Positions 12,560 through 26,204 are shown, counted from the first letter of the stretch. The stretch: DNA of 64,000 bases from Octopus sinensis (GCF_006345805.1 NC_043003.1:99696001-99760000), one strand, 5' to 3'. Numbers and translations are program-made. Notes: generated by a model not told the origin, from the letters alone.

Positions 12560-13790
12560 TGCATATATATATATATATATATTGTGTGTGTGTCATGTAG
12601 TTTGTGAAAAGGAAAAATTAGAATCATTTTCTGACCACATGTTTCTATATGTTCGCCTAATGGAATTTTGCGAGCATTAGTGTTCCGGATTTGGTGTATG
12701 TGGACTCGCGAGCGCTCCGATAATACATTCTCTGTCTCACTAATATATGGTTCCTCGCAATTAGGGCATTTAATGCAGTAGATCAAATTTCTGCTTTTGT
12801 ACTTCATATATGCATCTGTGATGTTAATTTTATTCTTTTCAGCATATCCCAGCATGTAGCGTTGACATTTCGTTAACAGGGCTGACAAAGGGGTCACGGC
12901 CAGTACAAACAACATTGCAGTTAAACTAATACTCTGGAATATAATCGCTGATAACCAGATTCTGTTTATAACAATCGGTGTGGCTTTAGTTGTTGTCAAG
13001 AATAAATGTATGGCCCTTGTTGTGGTCAGTCTTTCAATGGTATTAACTATAACAGTAGGCGAGCTGTTATAAGGCGGCGAGCTGGCAGAAACGTTAGCAC
13101 GCCGGGCGAAATGTTTAGCGGTATTTTGTCTGCCGTTACGTTCTGAGTTCAAATTCCGCCGAGGTCGACTTTACCTTTCATCCTTTTGGGGTCGATTAAA
13201 TAAGTACCAGTTACGCACTGGGGTCGATGTAATCGACTTAATCCGTTTGTCTGTCCTTGTTTGTCCCCTCTGTGTTTAGCCCCTTGTGGGTAGTAAAGAA
13301 ATAGGTATTAACTATAACAGTAGGTACTTTGAAAAGATATAGTGAATCTAGCATCCATGAGTGAGGGACGGAGTCGAACGCCTTCTTGTAATCTAGCCAT
13401 ATTGCTAAGAGATTACATTTTCGAATACTTGGGGAGACAGGAAAGGATAGGAAGGTAAAATTTTCACAGAAAATTGTAGATATTAAGGTCTTAAAATTTA
13501 CTGGAGATGAACTTTTGTCTGTCCGAACAGAGAAAACTAATGTTCTTGGAATAAAGAGGATGTTTACATTTTCGAATACTCAGGGAGAAAGGAAAGGATA
13601 GGTATTCACAGAAGTTGTAGATGTTAAAGGTTTTAAAGCTTATCGTTTATGTGTTCGAAAACTGTAGATATGTAAGTTACTTAACTTACTTTGAGGGAAA
13701 TTCAAAATACTCGCAGGAAATTGTAGATATTCCAGTCTTTGAGAGTTAATTTTCAGTTGTCCCACTGGGTTGTATTAGTGTTTCTGCGCC
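12560..13790 (-). mobile_element. Penelope-like retroelement fragment with GIY-YIG endonuclease, interrupted by a SINE
   Basis: Translation KSRNLIYCIKCPNCEEPYISETENVLSERSRVHIHQI...PLGEHIETCG matches the Penelope GIY-YIG domain. The right boundary is uncertain. Confidence 0.75.
13073..13308 (+). mobile_element. SINE family C monomer with TSD
   Basis: Matches the first monomer at 1515. Direct repeat ggtattaactataacagtagg at 13039-13059 and 13304-13324. Confidence 0.85.
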
Positions 13791-14681
13791 TTCAGCTGCT
13801 GACAGGTCAGAGCAGCGAAGAACATGTCCAGCAGCTATCACGTCCAGCCGCATTATTCATTTATTATTGTTGTTGTTGTTGTTTCTCTTGTTGGAGCTCC
13901 TGAAGTTTTACATGCGTAGCGGGCTTGCTACCTGCAACCTACGGTACCATGTTATCCATGCTTTTCAGCTATCTAATGCTTTCCTGATTATTCTGGCCGT
14001 GCCAAGGAGGCAAACCTCTTGTAACAGTTCTACAGGGCACACTATTCCAATTTACTTTATATTCCCCTTGATGCATTCTGATACTGTTCCCAAGGACCCA
14101 ACAACAATTGGCACTATCTCACCTTCTTCGTTTTCCATAGCCGGGCTATTTTGTAATTAAGAGGGTTGTATTTCTCTATCTTTTCGCCTTCCTTCTTGAC
14201 TATTCGTGAATCAAAAGGGGTGTGCAACATCAACTATAATATGGTGCACCTTGTCCACCACCGCTAGGTCTCGTTTGTTATGCTCTAGCATCTAATCTGT
14301 TTGGATTGGGAAACCCCAGAGGATTTTGCTAGTCTCTGACTCCACCACTCTCTGCGGTTTGTGCACGTCTTGCCTCTCTCTAGCCTCCACTTTCCCTACA
14401 GTTTCCAATGTAGCACTTTCGCTACCTGATCGTGTCGCGACAACTTGTAGCGGTTTGGGGCAAGTCTAGAGCATTCGTTCGTCATATGAGCAATGGTTTC
14501 ATGCACTCTAGTGCAGATGCGACACTTACTCATTCCTAAGGGATTTATAGTTGGATTGAAGTTGAATTGCTTTCATCATTTCATCACTTGGCAATCATAT
14601 GCCTTCTGTCCTGATAAGCTTTCCTCGTCTCTCCATCTTAATATTATTGGAGAACATCCGCAGACTGGACTTATTATTATT

Positions 14682-14749
<68 letters not shown>

Positions 14750-15825
14750 TTTAAACAGGGTTGGGAGAATTTCCTTGTAGAAAGTGAGCTTTTTGTACCA
14801 ATAGCCTACTATCAAGTCTCACCTGGGTGATTCTTCTATTCAGCAGTTTCGTAATAGCCGTCATGGGGATTTCGCTGGTGGTGTTATATATTTTGGAAGA
14901 GGTATTTACACAATCCTCACTTTGTAGTTCGTTTAATCATGCTGCATCACAATTGTGTTTTTTGTACATCCCAGATTCCTCACAAGTATGACACTAGGTC
15001 CTCCATATCGGAGTATTTACTTCCATTATCTTATGGCGTTTCATACTGCTATATAAAGTTTGTGGGTTTCGGGCAAACTTGCGGTTTATCTCTTCGTGTT
15101 CATGAAATTTCTTTACAGTAACGAATTTTTTCTCTTACAGCTTGTAGTTCGTGTTTAAGAGCAATCAGCTAACTTGTGAGTGGTGAGTCGTGAATTCATT
15201 TTTTAATTTTGTATTTGATGATAGTGTCCAATTTTACAATCATTTTACTCTGTCGTTGATGTTATTTTGGCGGGAGGCAATCAATTTTGGCTCAATATTA
15301 TCTTTTAGATCGGTCTCTTTTGCTCACCTCTGTTGGCGTAAACAGGGGTTCCCAACCTGGTCCATGTGGACCACTAGGTGGTCCACAGAAAAATCCAGGT
15401 GGCCCACAGGAAAATTCAGATGGTCCGTGGAAAATTTTCTGTGGTCTACCTGAAGAATTTTAATTTTTCAGTACACGTACATGTCGCGCAAACGAAATAT
15501 ACCTCATCGCATATGCATGAGCACATACGAGTGTACTCATTTCCTATTGGACGATTAGCTATCCAATCATACACGGACGCGTACCAGAGAGGTACAGGCG
15601 CGTACAATCGGATCCACGTTTGCGCGCATTAAACACACAAAAAAATTGTGTGTTCTCGGCCGGTCAACGCGATCATGCTTTCTACCTGACTTTTGAATTG
15701 AGGATTACTAACGAAACCGCAGTTCTTACAGCTTACCCAACATATCGTATTATCTCTACATGTGCGTACATTTTTGCGCAAGTGTTAGACTAATTGTAAT
15801 CTGTATAAATTTTGCTGTCAGTGAT

Positions 15826-17479
15826 ATGGAAAAACGTTCCCTTAATTCTCCGTCCACCTACTCGGAAAAAAGATTCTTTAGACGATATCACGAAGATTAT
15901 ATCAAATATGGTTTTGTATCAAGTGTAGAATATCTTCCTTTTTTTTTACCACAGTGTATTATCTGCTCAAAAGCATTAACTAACGACTCAATGAAACCCT
16001 CGAAATGTTTGTATCATCTACAAAAAATCCATTCTGGTTTATTTGGCAAGCCAAAGGAGTACTTCGAAGAATACCATCGCAAAAAAAAGAATGTCTCATC
16101 GTCATCACTCAAAACTTTTCTCGTTCATACTAACAACCGTTCTGGTCTGCAGGCGTCCTATAACATTTCGCTCATGATAGCAAAACAGGGTCGCCCACAT
16201 ACCAGTAGCGAAGATCTGATTAGGCCCTCCATACATGAAGCATATAAAGTTGCTAATGTGCCGAACGCTGCCTGTTTTAGCAAGTATTCCACTTTCAAAC
16301 AAACTGTATCTTCCTGCAACTGTGAAATGGCCGAAGATGTCGAATCCATAGTTGTAGAAGACTTGTGACTCTACAGATTCTTGTTAACGGTGGATGACAG
16401 CACTTTTGACAACAAATGTGTTCTCCTTGCCTTTGCTCGCTGTGTGAAAGGTACCACAGTTTGTGAAAACCTACTCTTTATGAAAACCGTAGTGAAAAAC
16501 ACGGGGGAGACGATCTACAATGCAGTCATGGATTATCTTACTAAAAATGGCATTGATCCCCTCAACCTCATATCAATATGCACTGACGGAGCACCGTCTA
16601 TGATTGGCAAAGCCCAGGGCTTTGTTGCCAGATGGATAGAATTTAATCCAGTCATCACAATTCATTGCGTTCTCCATCGAGAAAACCTGATAGCAAACAG
16701 AACCGGAAATAATATATTTTCTGAAACCCTAGACTTAATTGCCTCCGCAGTAAAAAAAAATCAAAAGATCTGCTCATCAAGACAGGCATTTTCAAGAAGG
16801 TTGTAAAGATGAAACGTTCGACCGTCTGTTGTATTCGACAGATATACGCTGGCTATCAATGGGAAATTGTCTCGGACGTTTAGTGGCACTTTTCGATAAA
16901 GTCATAGAGTTCCTTCAACAGGTTGATCCAACTATGACAACATCACTTTCTCATAAAAAAAAATCTCTATTTTTTTATTTACATGAAATCTTTCAAAAAA
17001 CTTAATGATCTCAATATTTCTTTACAAGAACAAAACATCAACATTGTACCATCCAGCCACTTGCTAAGGGCGTTTGTGAATAAACTCGTTCTTTGGAAAC
17101 TTCAAATTGAAGATCATAACTCTTCACACAATGTCTATGAACGATATACTTGTTCAACCAGAATGCATTCAGATGGAGCTATGTGGGGCGACGGTAGATG
17201 ATAATCTGCACAAATCGTCTGAAAACAACTGAGTCGTGGCTTGGTTGAATCATTCTCACAAATATCCAAAAGTTGTTTGAACAAGTCGAGCCTTTTATTA
17301 TAAATCTCCTGACAGCTTGCTTGGCTGAAAAGGGATTTTCCCTTGTACTCCACTCGTTCACAAAGCAGCAGAGGCGTTTGAACCTCGATAACAATGCTAA
17401 TTTGAGAATTCGCTTCAGCCAAAAAGAGCCAAGGATTTTTCAGCGTGTGGATAAAAAGCAAGCCCAAGGGTCTCACTGA
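15826..17479 (+). pseudogene. Disrupted Buster-type hAT transposase
   Basis: RRYHEDYIKYGF..PQCIICSKALTNDSMKPSK..HLQKIH (BED-finger region), SICTDGAPSMIG, IHCVLHRENL and DIRWLS. Broken by stops and frameshifts into several ORFs. Confidence 0.88.
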
Positions 17480-17656
17480 AGGTTTCTTGACGTTTTTCCT
17501 AACGACTTGTCGCTGACATTTTTAAGTTGATTTAATTTTTTATATTCCCTCAAACGTTTACACGACCTTTTGTATTGATCCCAACATCCCTCTTCACATT
17601 TTTTAAAAATTTACCCTTCACATTGTTATATTTTAACTGTATAGCTTTTTTTCTTA

Positions 17657-18938
17657 TGAGGGGCGTTCAATAAGTAATGTCCCTGACCCACTTCCCATAG
17701 CAGTAGAGCAACGAAACTTGGAACAGTTATTAGTCTTTTTCTACGTAGGAACCACCCAGAGTTACGCATTTCTCCCATCGTTTGATGCAGCTCTGGAGAC
17801 CGTTTTTGTAGAAGACCCCAGCTTGGTCCTCCAACCACGACGTGACTTCAGAAATCAAGGCTGCATCATCTGGGAAACGCTTTCCTTTCAAAAACAACTT
17901 CATGGCTGGGAAGAGGTGAAAATCAGAGGTGCAAGGTCAGGAGAGTAGGGGGGATGGGGGATGAGTTCATAGCCGCACGTCTGTGCTTCTGATCTGGCGA
18001 CACGCGAGTTGTGGATCGGAGCGTTGTCCTGCAGGAGGAGGATGCCTTTGCTGATCTTGCCCCGCCTCTTGATTTTGATAGCTTCTCTTAAATTCTTCAA
18101 AAGTGAAGCATAATAGACTCCTGTAATTGTGGCACCCTTTGCCAGGAAATCTGTCTTCACTACTCCGTCCTGGTCCCAGAAGACTGTAAGCATGACCTTG
18201 CCAGCGGAGGGCTGCACCCTTGCCTTCTTTGGAGGAGGTGAGTCACAGTGCTTCCACTGCATTGACTGGGCTTTGGTCTCTGGATCATAGTGATGGACCC
18301 AGGTCTTATCCTATGCAATCAGTCTTTTGAAAAATTTTGACTCATCTTCTTGGCACATCTCCAAATTCATCCTCGAGCAATCGACGCGTTCTTGCTTCTG
18401 GAAAGGTGTGAGCAACCTGGGAATCCATCTGGCAGACACCTTTTGCATATGCAAATGGTCATGAATGATAGTTTCCACAGACCCGGTACTAATCTTGACC
18501 TCATGGGCTATTTGGCGAATAGTTATGCGTCGATCTTCCAAAATGGCAGCCTCAACTTGACAGACAGATGCCTCATCAATGGCAGAAGGGGGCGACCAGA
18601 TCTGGGAGCTGTTTCCACAGAGTTCCGACCATGTTTGAATTCACGATGCCAGCGTTTTACAAGGTCATATGATGGGGCATCATCACCATAAGTTACTTTC
18701 ATTTCATCAAAAGTCTCCCGTGGTGTGCGTCCTTTCAAATACAAAAACCGGATCACTGCTCGACACTCAACATGCTCCATTTCACACTTGACTCAGTTCA
18801 AACACCTGTAAATCGGAAACCACAGAGCTGTAATTTGCCACTTAATCTATAGAGATATAAATAATTGCACATGCAAAATTTCAGCTAGATCAAACAACTG
18901 CAAGTGGGTCAGAGGCATTACTTATTGAACGCCCCTCG
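17657..18938 (-). mobile_element. Full-length mariner (irritans-like), 1282 bp, nested in the hAT
   Basis: 37-bp TIRs ((t/c)gaggggcgttcaataagtaatg..ctgacccactt) with 3 mismatches. TA at 17655-17656 and 18939-18940. Confidence 0.95.
17730..18780 (-). pseudogene. Mariner transposase with one in-frame stop and two frameshifts
   Basis: MEHVECRAVIRFLYLKG, ARWIPRLLT, DKTWVHHYDPETK, LLQDNAPIH, HPPYSPDLAP and ..GGSYVEKD*. Confidence 0.92.
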
Positions 18939-19989
18939 TAATAAAAGAGGGTGTTTTCCACGACTCAGTAACCTTTTCTATTCGATTCTATCAAATAAAG
19001 CTTCCTTGAGAATCCTGTGCATTTGCAAATTGGTTTTGTTATTGGTGTTCTCAGTTATTTGTTCTCTGTGATGTCCCTTACAAGAACGAAAAAAGAACTT
19101 TCATTGCAAAGTGAAAATAATACTAATATTTATGATAGCAGTTCTTTTATAATAAATTTAAAATTTGAGGTGGTCCACAAGAAAAAATTACTTATTTTGG
19201 TGGTCCACAGGAAAAAACTACATATTTTGGTTGTCCACAGCGGAGATGGTTGGGAACCCCTGGCGTACAATTACTACAGCACAATATAGCAGAACGTTTA
19301 TTGTCCAAAAGCAGGAAGTTTGAATTTGTGCTAGTTATTTTCTCGCACTTTCGACGATCGCGGATAACATCGAGTCAGTGGAGATTTCTTTCAACTCGTG
19401 CCGAGATTTTTCTTTCATGTTTGTAAATAATGAAGTTCTGCTTAAGTCTCGATGTGAGCTGTGGTTTTTAGTTTTACATTTTCCTTACTTCATTTTATGA
19501 GATCATAAGCACTTTCTGCATGGCCATAGAATGGCGGCGAATTATTGATGTGTTTGTCTTGGTCGCAGACTCCTCAAGGAATACATTAGTATTTGTATTA
19601 TCGTTTGTAGATTTTGACCGAGTGATCTTGTTTAGTAAGTTGGCATGTAATGTATGCATGTATGTATGTATTTATGTACGTATGTATGTATGTATGTATG
19701 TATGTATGTATGTATGTAGTATGTATGTATGTATGTATGTATGTATGTATGTATTTATGTATGTATATATGTATGTATGCATGTATGTATGTATTTATGT
19801 ACGTATGTATGTATGTATGTATGTATGTATGTATGTATGTATGTATGTATGTATGTATGTATGTATGTATGTATATATGTATGTATGCATGTATGGATGG
19901 ATGGATGTATGTATGTATGTATGTATGACTCTTCTGTTTTTTTAATTATTATAAATCTTCCACCGAGGAAGAAGCCGGTTTCCAACAAT

Positions 19990-20318
19990 GATGCAAGGCT
20001 CCATTTTTGGGATATAGTTAACACAGATAAATTCACATTTGGAACTTGAGAAAAGTCTTGCATATTTTTGCTGTTCCACTCACAGATTGGATTTGTAATG
20101 AACGAATCAGCCGGTCAATTTCTCTTTCAGAAAATCTCAGATTCTCCTTTAAGTATTTACTAACAAAACCTAGTGCTCCAGTTATTATTAGTATGAATAA
20201 TAGTCTGGATATAAAAGCTGGAGGTTTGGGGTATGTTGGGAGGACGGTGTCGAAGGCCTCATTGTTGAGAGGGTTGTGTGTGGAGATGTATGGTATATAC
20301 ATATATATATATATATAT

Positions 20319-20400
<82 letters not shown>

Positions 20401-20702
20401 TTGTGTGCCTGTGTTTGTCCCCTCAACATCGCTTGACAACCGACGCTGGTGTGTTTACGTTCCCGTCAGTCAGCGGTTCGGCAAGAGCGACCGATAGAAT
20501 AAGTACTAGGCTTACAAAGAATAAGTCCTGGGGTCGATTTGCTCGACTAAAGGCGGTGCTCCAGCATGGCCGCAGTCAAATGACTGAAACAAATAAAAGA
20601 ATAAAAGGGCAAATTTTAGCTATTTCTCCGATGACTGAAAAAACGATAAACAACCTTAATCGATTTTATGTATACATACATATATTCATATATATATATA
20701 TA

Positions 20703-20745
<43 letters not shown>

Positions 20746-21463
20746 GAAGCAGTTATCCATAGATATCCTCTTTTTCTTTGATGTTCAAAGAGACATTTGT
20801 ATCTGCAGAGCACCTGACCTCTATGATGGTACATACCTTTGCCCCTCTGTCCCAAACAACAATATCCGGCCAGTTACGCTTACATTTGGCAGAAGTTTTG
20901 GTGGGAATATTCCACTAGTATTCCTAGAGTTGGTTTTTATGAATGTATTCCCTAACAGAAGGATTTTCTAAGTTTATTTCAAGACAGTCTTTTTTGCGGA
21001 TGGCATTGTAAATTATTTTAGCAACAACATCGTCTCGCACAGGGAGGCAGTACCATGACGACATTTTAGGACAGCTGCTAATCACATTCGTGATGTCTTC
21101 CACGGTAACATGACAGCCTACACATGCGGTTGCACCTGGAACTACAAGAGCGTCACTGTCTCTCTTGTTCACCAGGTACTTTGTGGAAATCTCCTGTTCA
21201 TGGGTTGCAAGCGCACACCCCTCAAAGTGTGATGTGATGTAGTAGTCTTGTGTCCAAGAGAGGCTGCACTTCGTGTCAATTCTACTGTCTTCTTCAAGCT
21301 TCAGGGCAATATACCCATGCATGGTCTTTTTTTTTTTTTTTGTAAGCTGAGTGCTTTCCATCCAAGTTTTCTCTGAGGTAAGAGAGACCAGCTGTTTTGG
21401 GGCTGTGTAGGAGATCATCAGAAAGAGAGTGCTTCTTGAGGAGTTCACTGCCAACTCGTACAA
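19990..21463 (-). mobile_element. R4-clade LINE 3' fragment (zinc finger plus restriction-like endonuclease), interrupted by microsatellite and SINE
   Basis: CVGCHVTVEDITNVISSCPKMS..RDDVVAK, WNIP..RNWPDIVVWDR..CTIIEV and IITGALGFVSKYLKENL..QIQSVSGTAKICKTFLKF. Confidence 0.75.
20395..20607 (+). mobile_element. SINE family A, 3' half
   Basis: gcttgacaaccgacgctgg..gatagaataagtac..ggtgctccagcatggccgcagtcaaatgactgaaac. Confidence 0.8.
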
Positions 21464-21489
21464 TGTTGCTCGGTATGTATGTATGAATG

Positions 21490-22380
21490 TATTCTTTTAT
21501 TCTTTCACTCGTTTCAGCCATGCGGCTGCGGTCATAGTGGAACACTACTGTGGTCCTTCTGATTTCCTCAGTCTGAGGCGTTTCACATCACCACTCATGT
21601 CCCAGCTGTTGGCCTATTTGGTGTATAAGGGAGTTTGATTCCGCTGCCCTCGTCTGCACCTCATGTCGGGCTGTTGGTTCATCTGGTTTTGTGGACAGGT
21701 AGATGTCTACTTACTGTTTGAAGTCATCTGCTTCCACCTAATGCAGATTTCTTAATTTTTGTATCTGGTCCTGAATTTAGATAGAGCGGATGGTACCGTT
21801 GGTACAATGCAATGGCGTCCACTTCTGGCATTTGTATAACACTCAACGCTGAAATTAAGCACTAACTCCTCTAGAGTTTTCCATATGCATATATCTCACA
21901 CCTTCACACCAGGGAGTAAAGTTGCAGTTTTCTCAGCCTCTCCCTGTAGCTCATCCACTGCACTGTTTCTGTCTTGTTAGTGTAGTAGCGTTGGACTGCC
22001 TCAAGCTCCGCTATTAGTTTGGCAATGTGTGTGACAATAACTGGGAGCAGTAGTCCAGGCGGCTAAGAATGTATATTATCTTTCTCTTAGTAATTTAGAG
22101 TAAATTTTGATTAGCCACCTACATGGTAGCAAGGTTGTAAAGGAAAGCATCTTTTTTTTTTTCATCGTCCTGTATACCTTAAGAAGCACTTGCAGATTTT
22201 TATAGTCCCAAATGTGATCATTTGTAGCGTAACAATTAAGGATTTGCATTCTCTACTCAACATTCCAAGTTCAACAATACATTGCTCCAGATGGGTTGGT
22301 ACGTACTCTGTTGCTCCTATAATAATAGGCACAAAGCTAAAATTATATCTTGGGTACGGGATTTACAAACTCCTTATCAA
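21490..22380 (-). mobile_element. CR1/L2-group LINE 3' fragment
   Basis: Minus-strand IAELEAVQRYYT..MSYRERLRKLQLYSL, and a 3' tail like that of the 27223-28785 copy. Confidence 0.7.
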
Positions 22381-22935
22381 TGATCGATAGATGTCCTCGT
22401 ATGTATGTATGTATGTATGTATGTATGTATGTATGTATGTATGTATGTATGTATGTATGTACGCATCTACAGAATAATAAACGTTGGTTGCTTGCTTGCT
22501 TGCTCCAGTCCCACTTTACATTGAATTGAGAGATGAGGAGTGAAAGTGAGTGGAAGACACAGAGAGAGGGAGTTGACATAAAAAGTGCAGAATGAGTCTT
22601 TCCAGAAAAATTATACTTTTTTTAAAGAAACTTCACAGAAATACGTTTTCAGTGAATTAGATTGCGATTACTGATTTAGAAATAAAATAACATATTTATT
22701 GCAAATATACAAATGACAATTCTTTTTTTTTTAATTGAATTTTATTCTAAAGCAATATTTTTTTAAATATTACTATTCATTTCATGATTTTGCATAAATG
22801 CCATGAAATTTGATGAAACTTAAATTATAACCATTGTATGTATGCTATATGTCACGATACCACCCATATATCATGATAACGCACTTTCAAAGTTACTCTC
22901 ATATGATGGGTAAATTTGGATGTAGATAGATAGAC

Positions 22936-23010
<75 letters not shown>

Positions 23011-23035
23011 CAGACAGATAGATAGATAGACAGAC

Positions 23036-23138
<103 letters not shown>

Positions 23139-23149
23139 ATATATATATA

Positions 23150-23345
23150 TATACTTGTTTTAGTCATTTGACTGTAGCTATGCGGGAGCACTACCTTGTA
23201 GCCGGAGAAATCGTCCCTATGACTTTTTCTTTGTCAGCTTGGTGCTTATTCCACCAATCTCTTCTGCCGAACCATTAAGTTACAGTGATGTAAACACACC
23301 AACATCGGTTGTCAAGTGATGAGGGTGGGAGAAACATAGACGCAA
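23150..23345 (-). mobile_element. Degenerate SINE family A, 3' half
   Basis: Reverse complement of the tail (cttgacaaccgatg..., gactaaaacaagt). Confidence 0.6.
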
Positions 23346-23474
23346 ACACACACATAAATAAATATATATATATATATATAATATATATATATATAAGACC
23401 TTGACCTTCTATCTTAAATGCTCTAATATCTATACACCCTTGGTTTTTTTATCTTATTACGCAAAAATTTCTTT

Positions 23475-23533
<59 letters not shown>

Positions 23534-23800
23534 CACGGGCTTTTTTCAGTTTCCGTCTACCAAATCCACATACAAGGCTTTGGTGGTCCCGAGGTTATAG
23601 TAGAAACAGGGGCGGACTGAGAGAATTATGGCGCCTCGGCATAACTGTTCACCTTTAGCATAACTGTTGATATCAAAGAGAGTGAAAATGTAGAGTACGG
23701 TTGTTTACTCACTTAAACAGCCACATTAAGATTTCTCCAGTTTGAAGAAATATTGCATGGCCACTCCGATATATAGCATGTATGCGTGTGTATGTGAATG

Positions 23801-23870
<70 letters not shown>

Positions 23871-23894
23871 TGTGTATTTGTGTGTCTGTGTTTA

Positions 23895-25700
23895 CAGGGG
23901 TTTGGACTAAATTTAGCAGTCTGCATAAAAGGAAAAGTAAACAATATCCCAAAGGTATTTTTAAAAATCAAAAAACATGTTAGATTGCGTCTGCTTCCAC
24001 CACAGCCTCAGGACGGCTCCGGAACCTGGTGCATGCGCACCTACTGTGTACTTGGAAAGATCTTCGAACACCTCTTTGATCTTGGCCACCAGCTCGGCCT
24101 TGGTGCTACGGGCTGAGCGGTTGGTGTCTTTCTCAACCGCGCCCCACACATACTAATCCATTGGGTTATAATCGGTGAAATTAGGAGGCCATAAACTGGG
24201 ATGACCGGACAATTGGCCGTAGAACTATTCGCCGTAAGACATTTCGCCGTACGAGTATTTCGCTGCAAGGACATTTTGCCATAAAGCTTAGAAACTTGAA
24301 ATTGCGTCGTTAATTAAATAAGGTACGACTACAGGGTTGCACGATCTAGAAATTCATAAGAACTGGGCATGCGATGGAACATTTAAGGTTTGTCCTGAAA
24401 TTTATTATCAGTTATATACTCTACACGTCAACATAGGACATGTATGCATCCCACGAATTTACGCTTTCCTTCCGAATATGACTCTTGACACATACAATAG
24501 CTTTTTTCAAAAGGTTAAAGATTTACTCGAGTCCCTCAAACCTGAAAATCTAATGACTAATTTTGAACAAGCTACTTTTCTAAGTTTTTCTGACAATTTT
24601 CTATCTGCAAATGTAACAGGCTGTTTTTGTTTTTGTTTTGTTTTTTGTTTTTTTTACAAAAAGGTAACAGAAATTGGGCTTAAGTTGCGATATGAAATTG
24701 TGATTTTAACACAAAAGTAAAGTAATTTATGGTACTTTCATTTCTCCTACCTCTAAACAACATCGATGCATTTATAGAGCTTGTGAATGACGATGACTTG
24801 CCACAAGAACTTGTGGCGTATTTTGAAACGCATTACGTTGGTGGGGAGATAGGCAGGGGAACTCATAGACGTAGAGCTCCTCCTAATTTTCCTATCAGTC
24901 TTTAGAATATGTAAGAAAGAATCGTAAATCAGCTGGCTAACACCAACAATGGAGTAGAAGGTTTCCATAATGCGCTGCAAGCATCTGTTACAAATACTTA
25001 TCCAAATTTATGGAAACTTATCAACGTCTTGAGAAATGAAGAATCTCTTTCTAAAAAGGAGGTAAATGATGCAGCAAGAGGAGAAACTGCAATCAAGAAT
25101 AAGTACAAAGATGTTTATCAGCGCAAACTAAGCATTGTCAGCGGTTACGATCAAAATCAAAAACAACATTATTTGTGTGCAATTACAATGAACTTACATG
25201 ATTTTTAACTTTTTAGTTATTTAGCTTAGCTTTTTAAATAAAAGGTATGACCTTCATTATTTTTATTTTCATTTTTCATCATTCTATTCTTATGCTTGCG
25301 GCGAAATATCCGTACGGTGAATTGTCTTATGCCGAGGGCAATTGTCCTACAGCAAATTGTCCTAGATCTATAACTGGGGCTGGTGAAGTCGTAAAATTTC
25401 TCCCACAACCATTTCTGACTCTTTCCAGGGGTATGCAAGGAACTAAATCCTGCTGCCAAACATATGGCTTCCTAGCAACAATCTCTCCAGCCAGGGTTTG
25501 ACCATTCTCTAGCAGTTTTACATAAACGTCTGAATTGAGCTTAAGACCCTATTCGATTATGCAGGACGGCATAATCTCACCCTCGCTGCAGACCATCATA
25601 GTTTGGGGGAACTTGGTTTTCACGAAACGTGAGACAAGTCCATATCACGTCTATAGCCTTTACAATGTTCACAGGGCATGGAGCAGAAGTCCTGAAGTCA
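23895..25700 (-). mobile_element. maT-like (DD37D-type) Tc1/mariner relic interrupted by a MULE
   Basis: One terminus TA|caggggtttggac. Translation TKFPQTMMV..GLKLNSDVYVKLL..VKPWLER..FYDFTSP|WPPNFTDYNPMD*YVWGAVEKDTN is continuous across the MULE. The second TIR was not found. Confidence 0.75.
24200..25368 (+). mobile_element. Internally deleted Mutator-like (MULE) transposon
   Basis: Long imperfect TIRs built from ggacaatt..gccgta units. Imperfect 9-bp TSD ataaactgg/tataactgg. Transposase remnants WACDGTFKVCPEIYYQLYTLH..IYAFLPN and NTNNGVEGFHNAL. Confidence 0.85.
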
Positions 25701-25878
25701 GCATTTTGATACCCGACGCAAATCATCACGATAAAGATAACTCTTTACCAATATTCCGATGGCTTTCCAGTCCTTCGCTTCAGCTAACATTTTTCTCAAC
25801 TACAAATTTAATATTTATGTTCTCCAACGCCGTTGACTGTTCCTGAAAAAAAAAGGAGACATAAAACATCCTCAAAAA

Positions 25879-26112
25879 GGGATGACACTGGAAAAAATAA
25901 AGGTTATACAATGAACTTCATTAGTTTACAGCTGTTTCCGCTTATAAGATGTAATTTTTCCAAATAAAGTGCACCTCATACTCAAGGGTCCGGTGAAGCT
26001 ATAGGATGTTATCCGCGTATTCAGGTAAGAGTCCACTGCGCATGTTATAGCAGAAACAGCTGTAAGCTAATGAAGTTCGTTACATAACCTTTGTTTTTTC
26101 TGGTGTCATCTC
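25879..26112. repeat. Short inverted repeat (~70-bp arms, ~90-bp spacer) with degenerate hammerhead-like motif
   Basis: 25879-25951 is the reverse complement of 26041-26112. Both arms contain gaaacagctgtaa. Confidence 0.75.
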
Positions 26113-26204
26113 TTTGCTCTTATATGTGTATGTGTGTGCATGTGTGTGTGTATCTATATATACACACACACATACATACATACATACATTATATATGTAT
26201 ATAT

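Larger units (their letters stand above)
15343..19262 (+). mobile_element. hAT DNA transposon, Buster/Charlie type
   Basis: Perfect 15-bp TIRs CAGGGGTTCCCAACC (15343-15357, 19248-19262). Subterminal gtggtccacag repeats at both ends. TSD GCGTACAA on the right and GCGTA-AA on the left, with the central TA typical of Buster elements. Confidence 0.92.
13860..19640 (-). mobile_element. Old R4/Dong-clade non-LTR retrotransposon, split by the hAT insertion (remnants 13860-15342 and 19263-19640)
   Basis: Minus-strand translation gives IVPIVVGSLGTV..LLQEVCLLGTARIIRKALDS (C-terminus after the restriction-like endonuclease), RRHDQVAKVLHWKL and EINRKFARNPQTLY, with many stops. Assigning the 19263-19640 part to the same copy is less certain. 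Confidence 0.6.

Noticed and set aside
12520-13152. 210-aa ORF as a host nuclease gene
   Set aside because: It is a chimera of antisense SINE sequence and a degraded Penelope GIY-YIG fragment.
23608-23770. caggggcggactgag as a hAT MITE end
   Set aside because: No matching second terminus or TSD was found.
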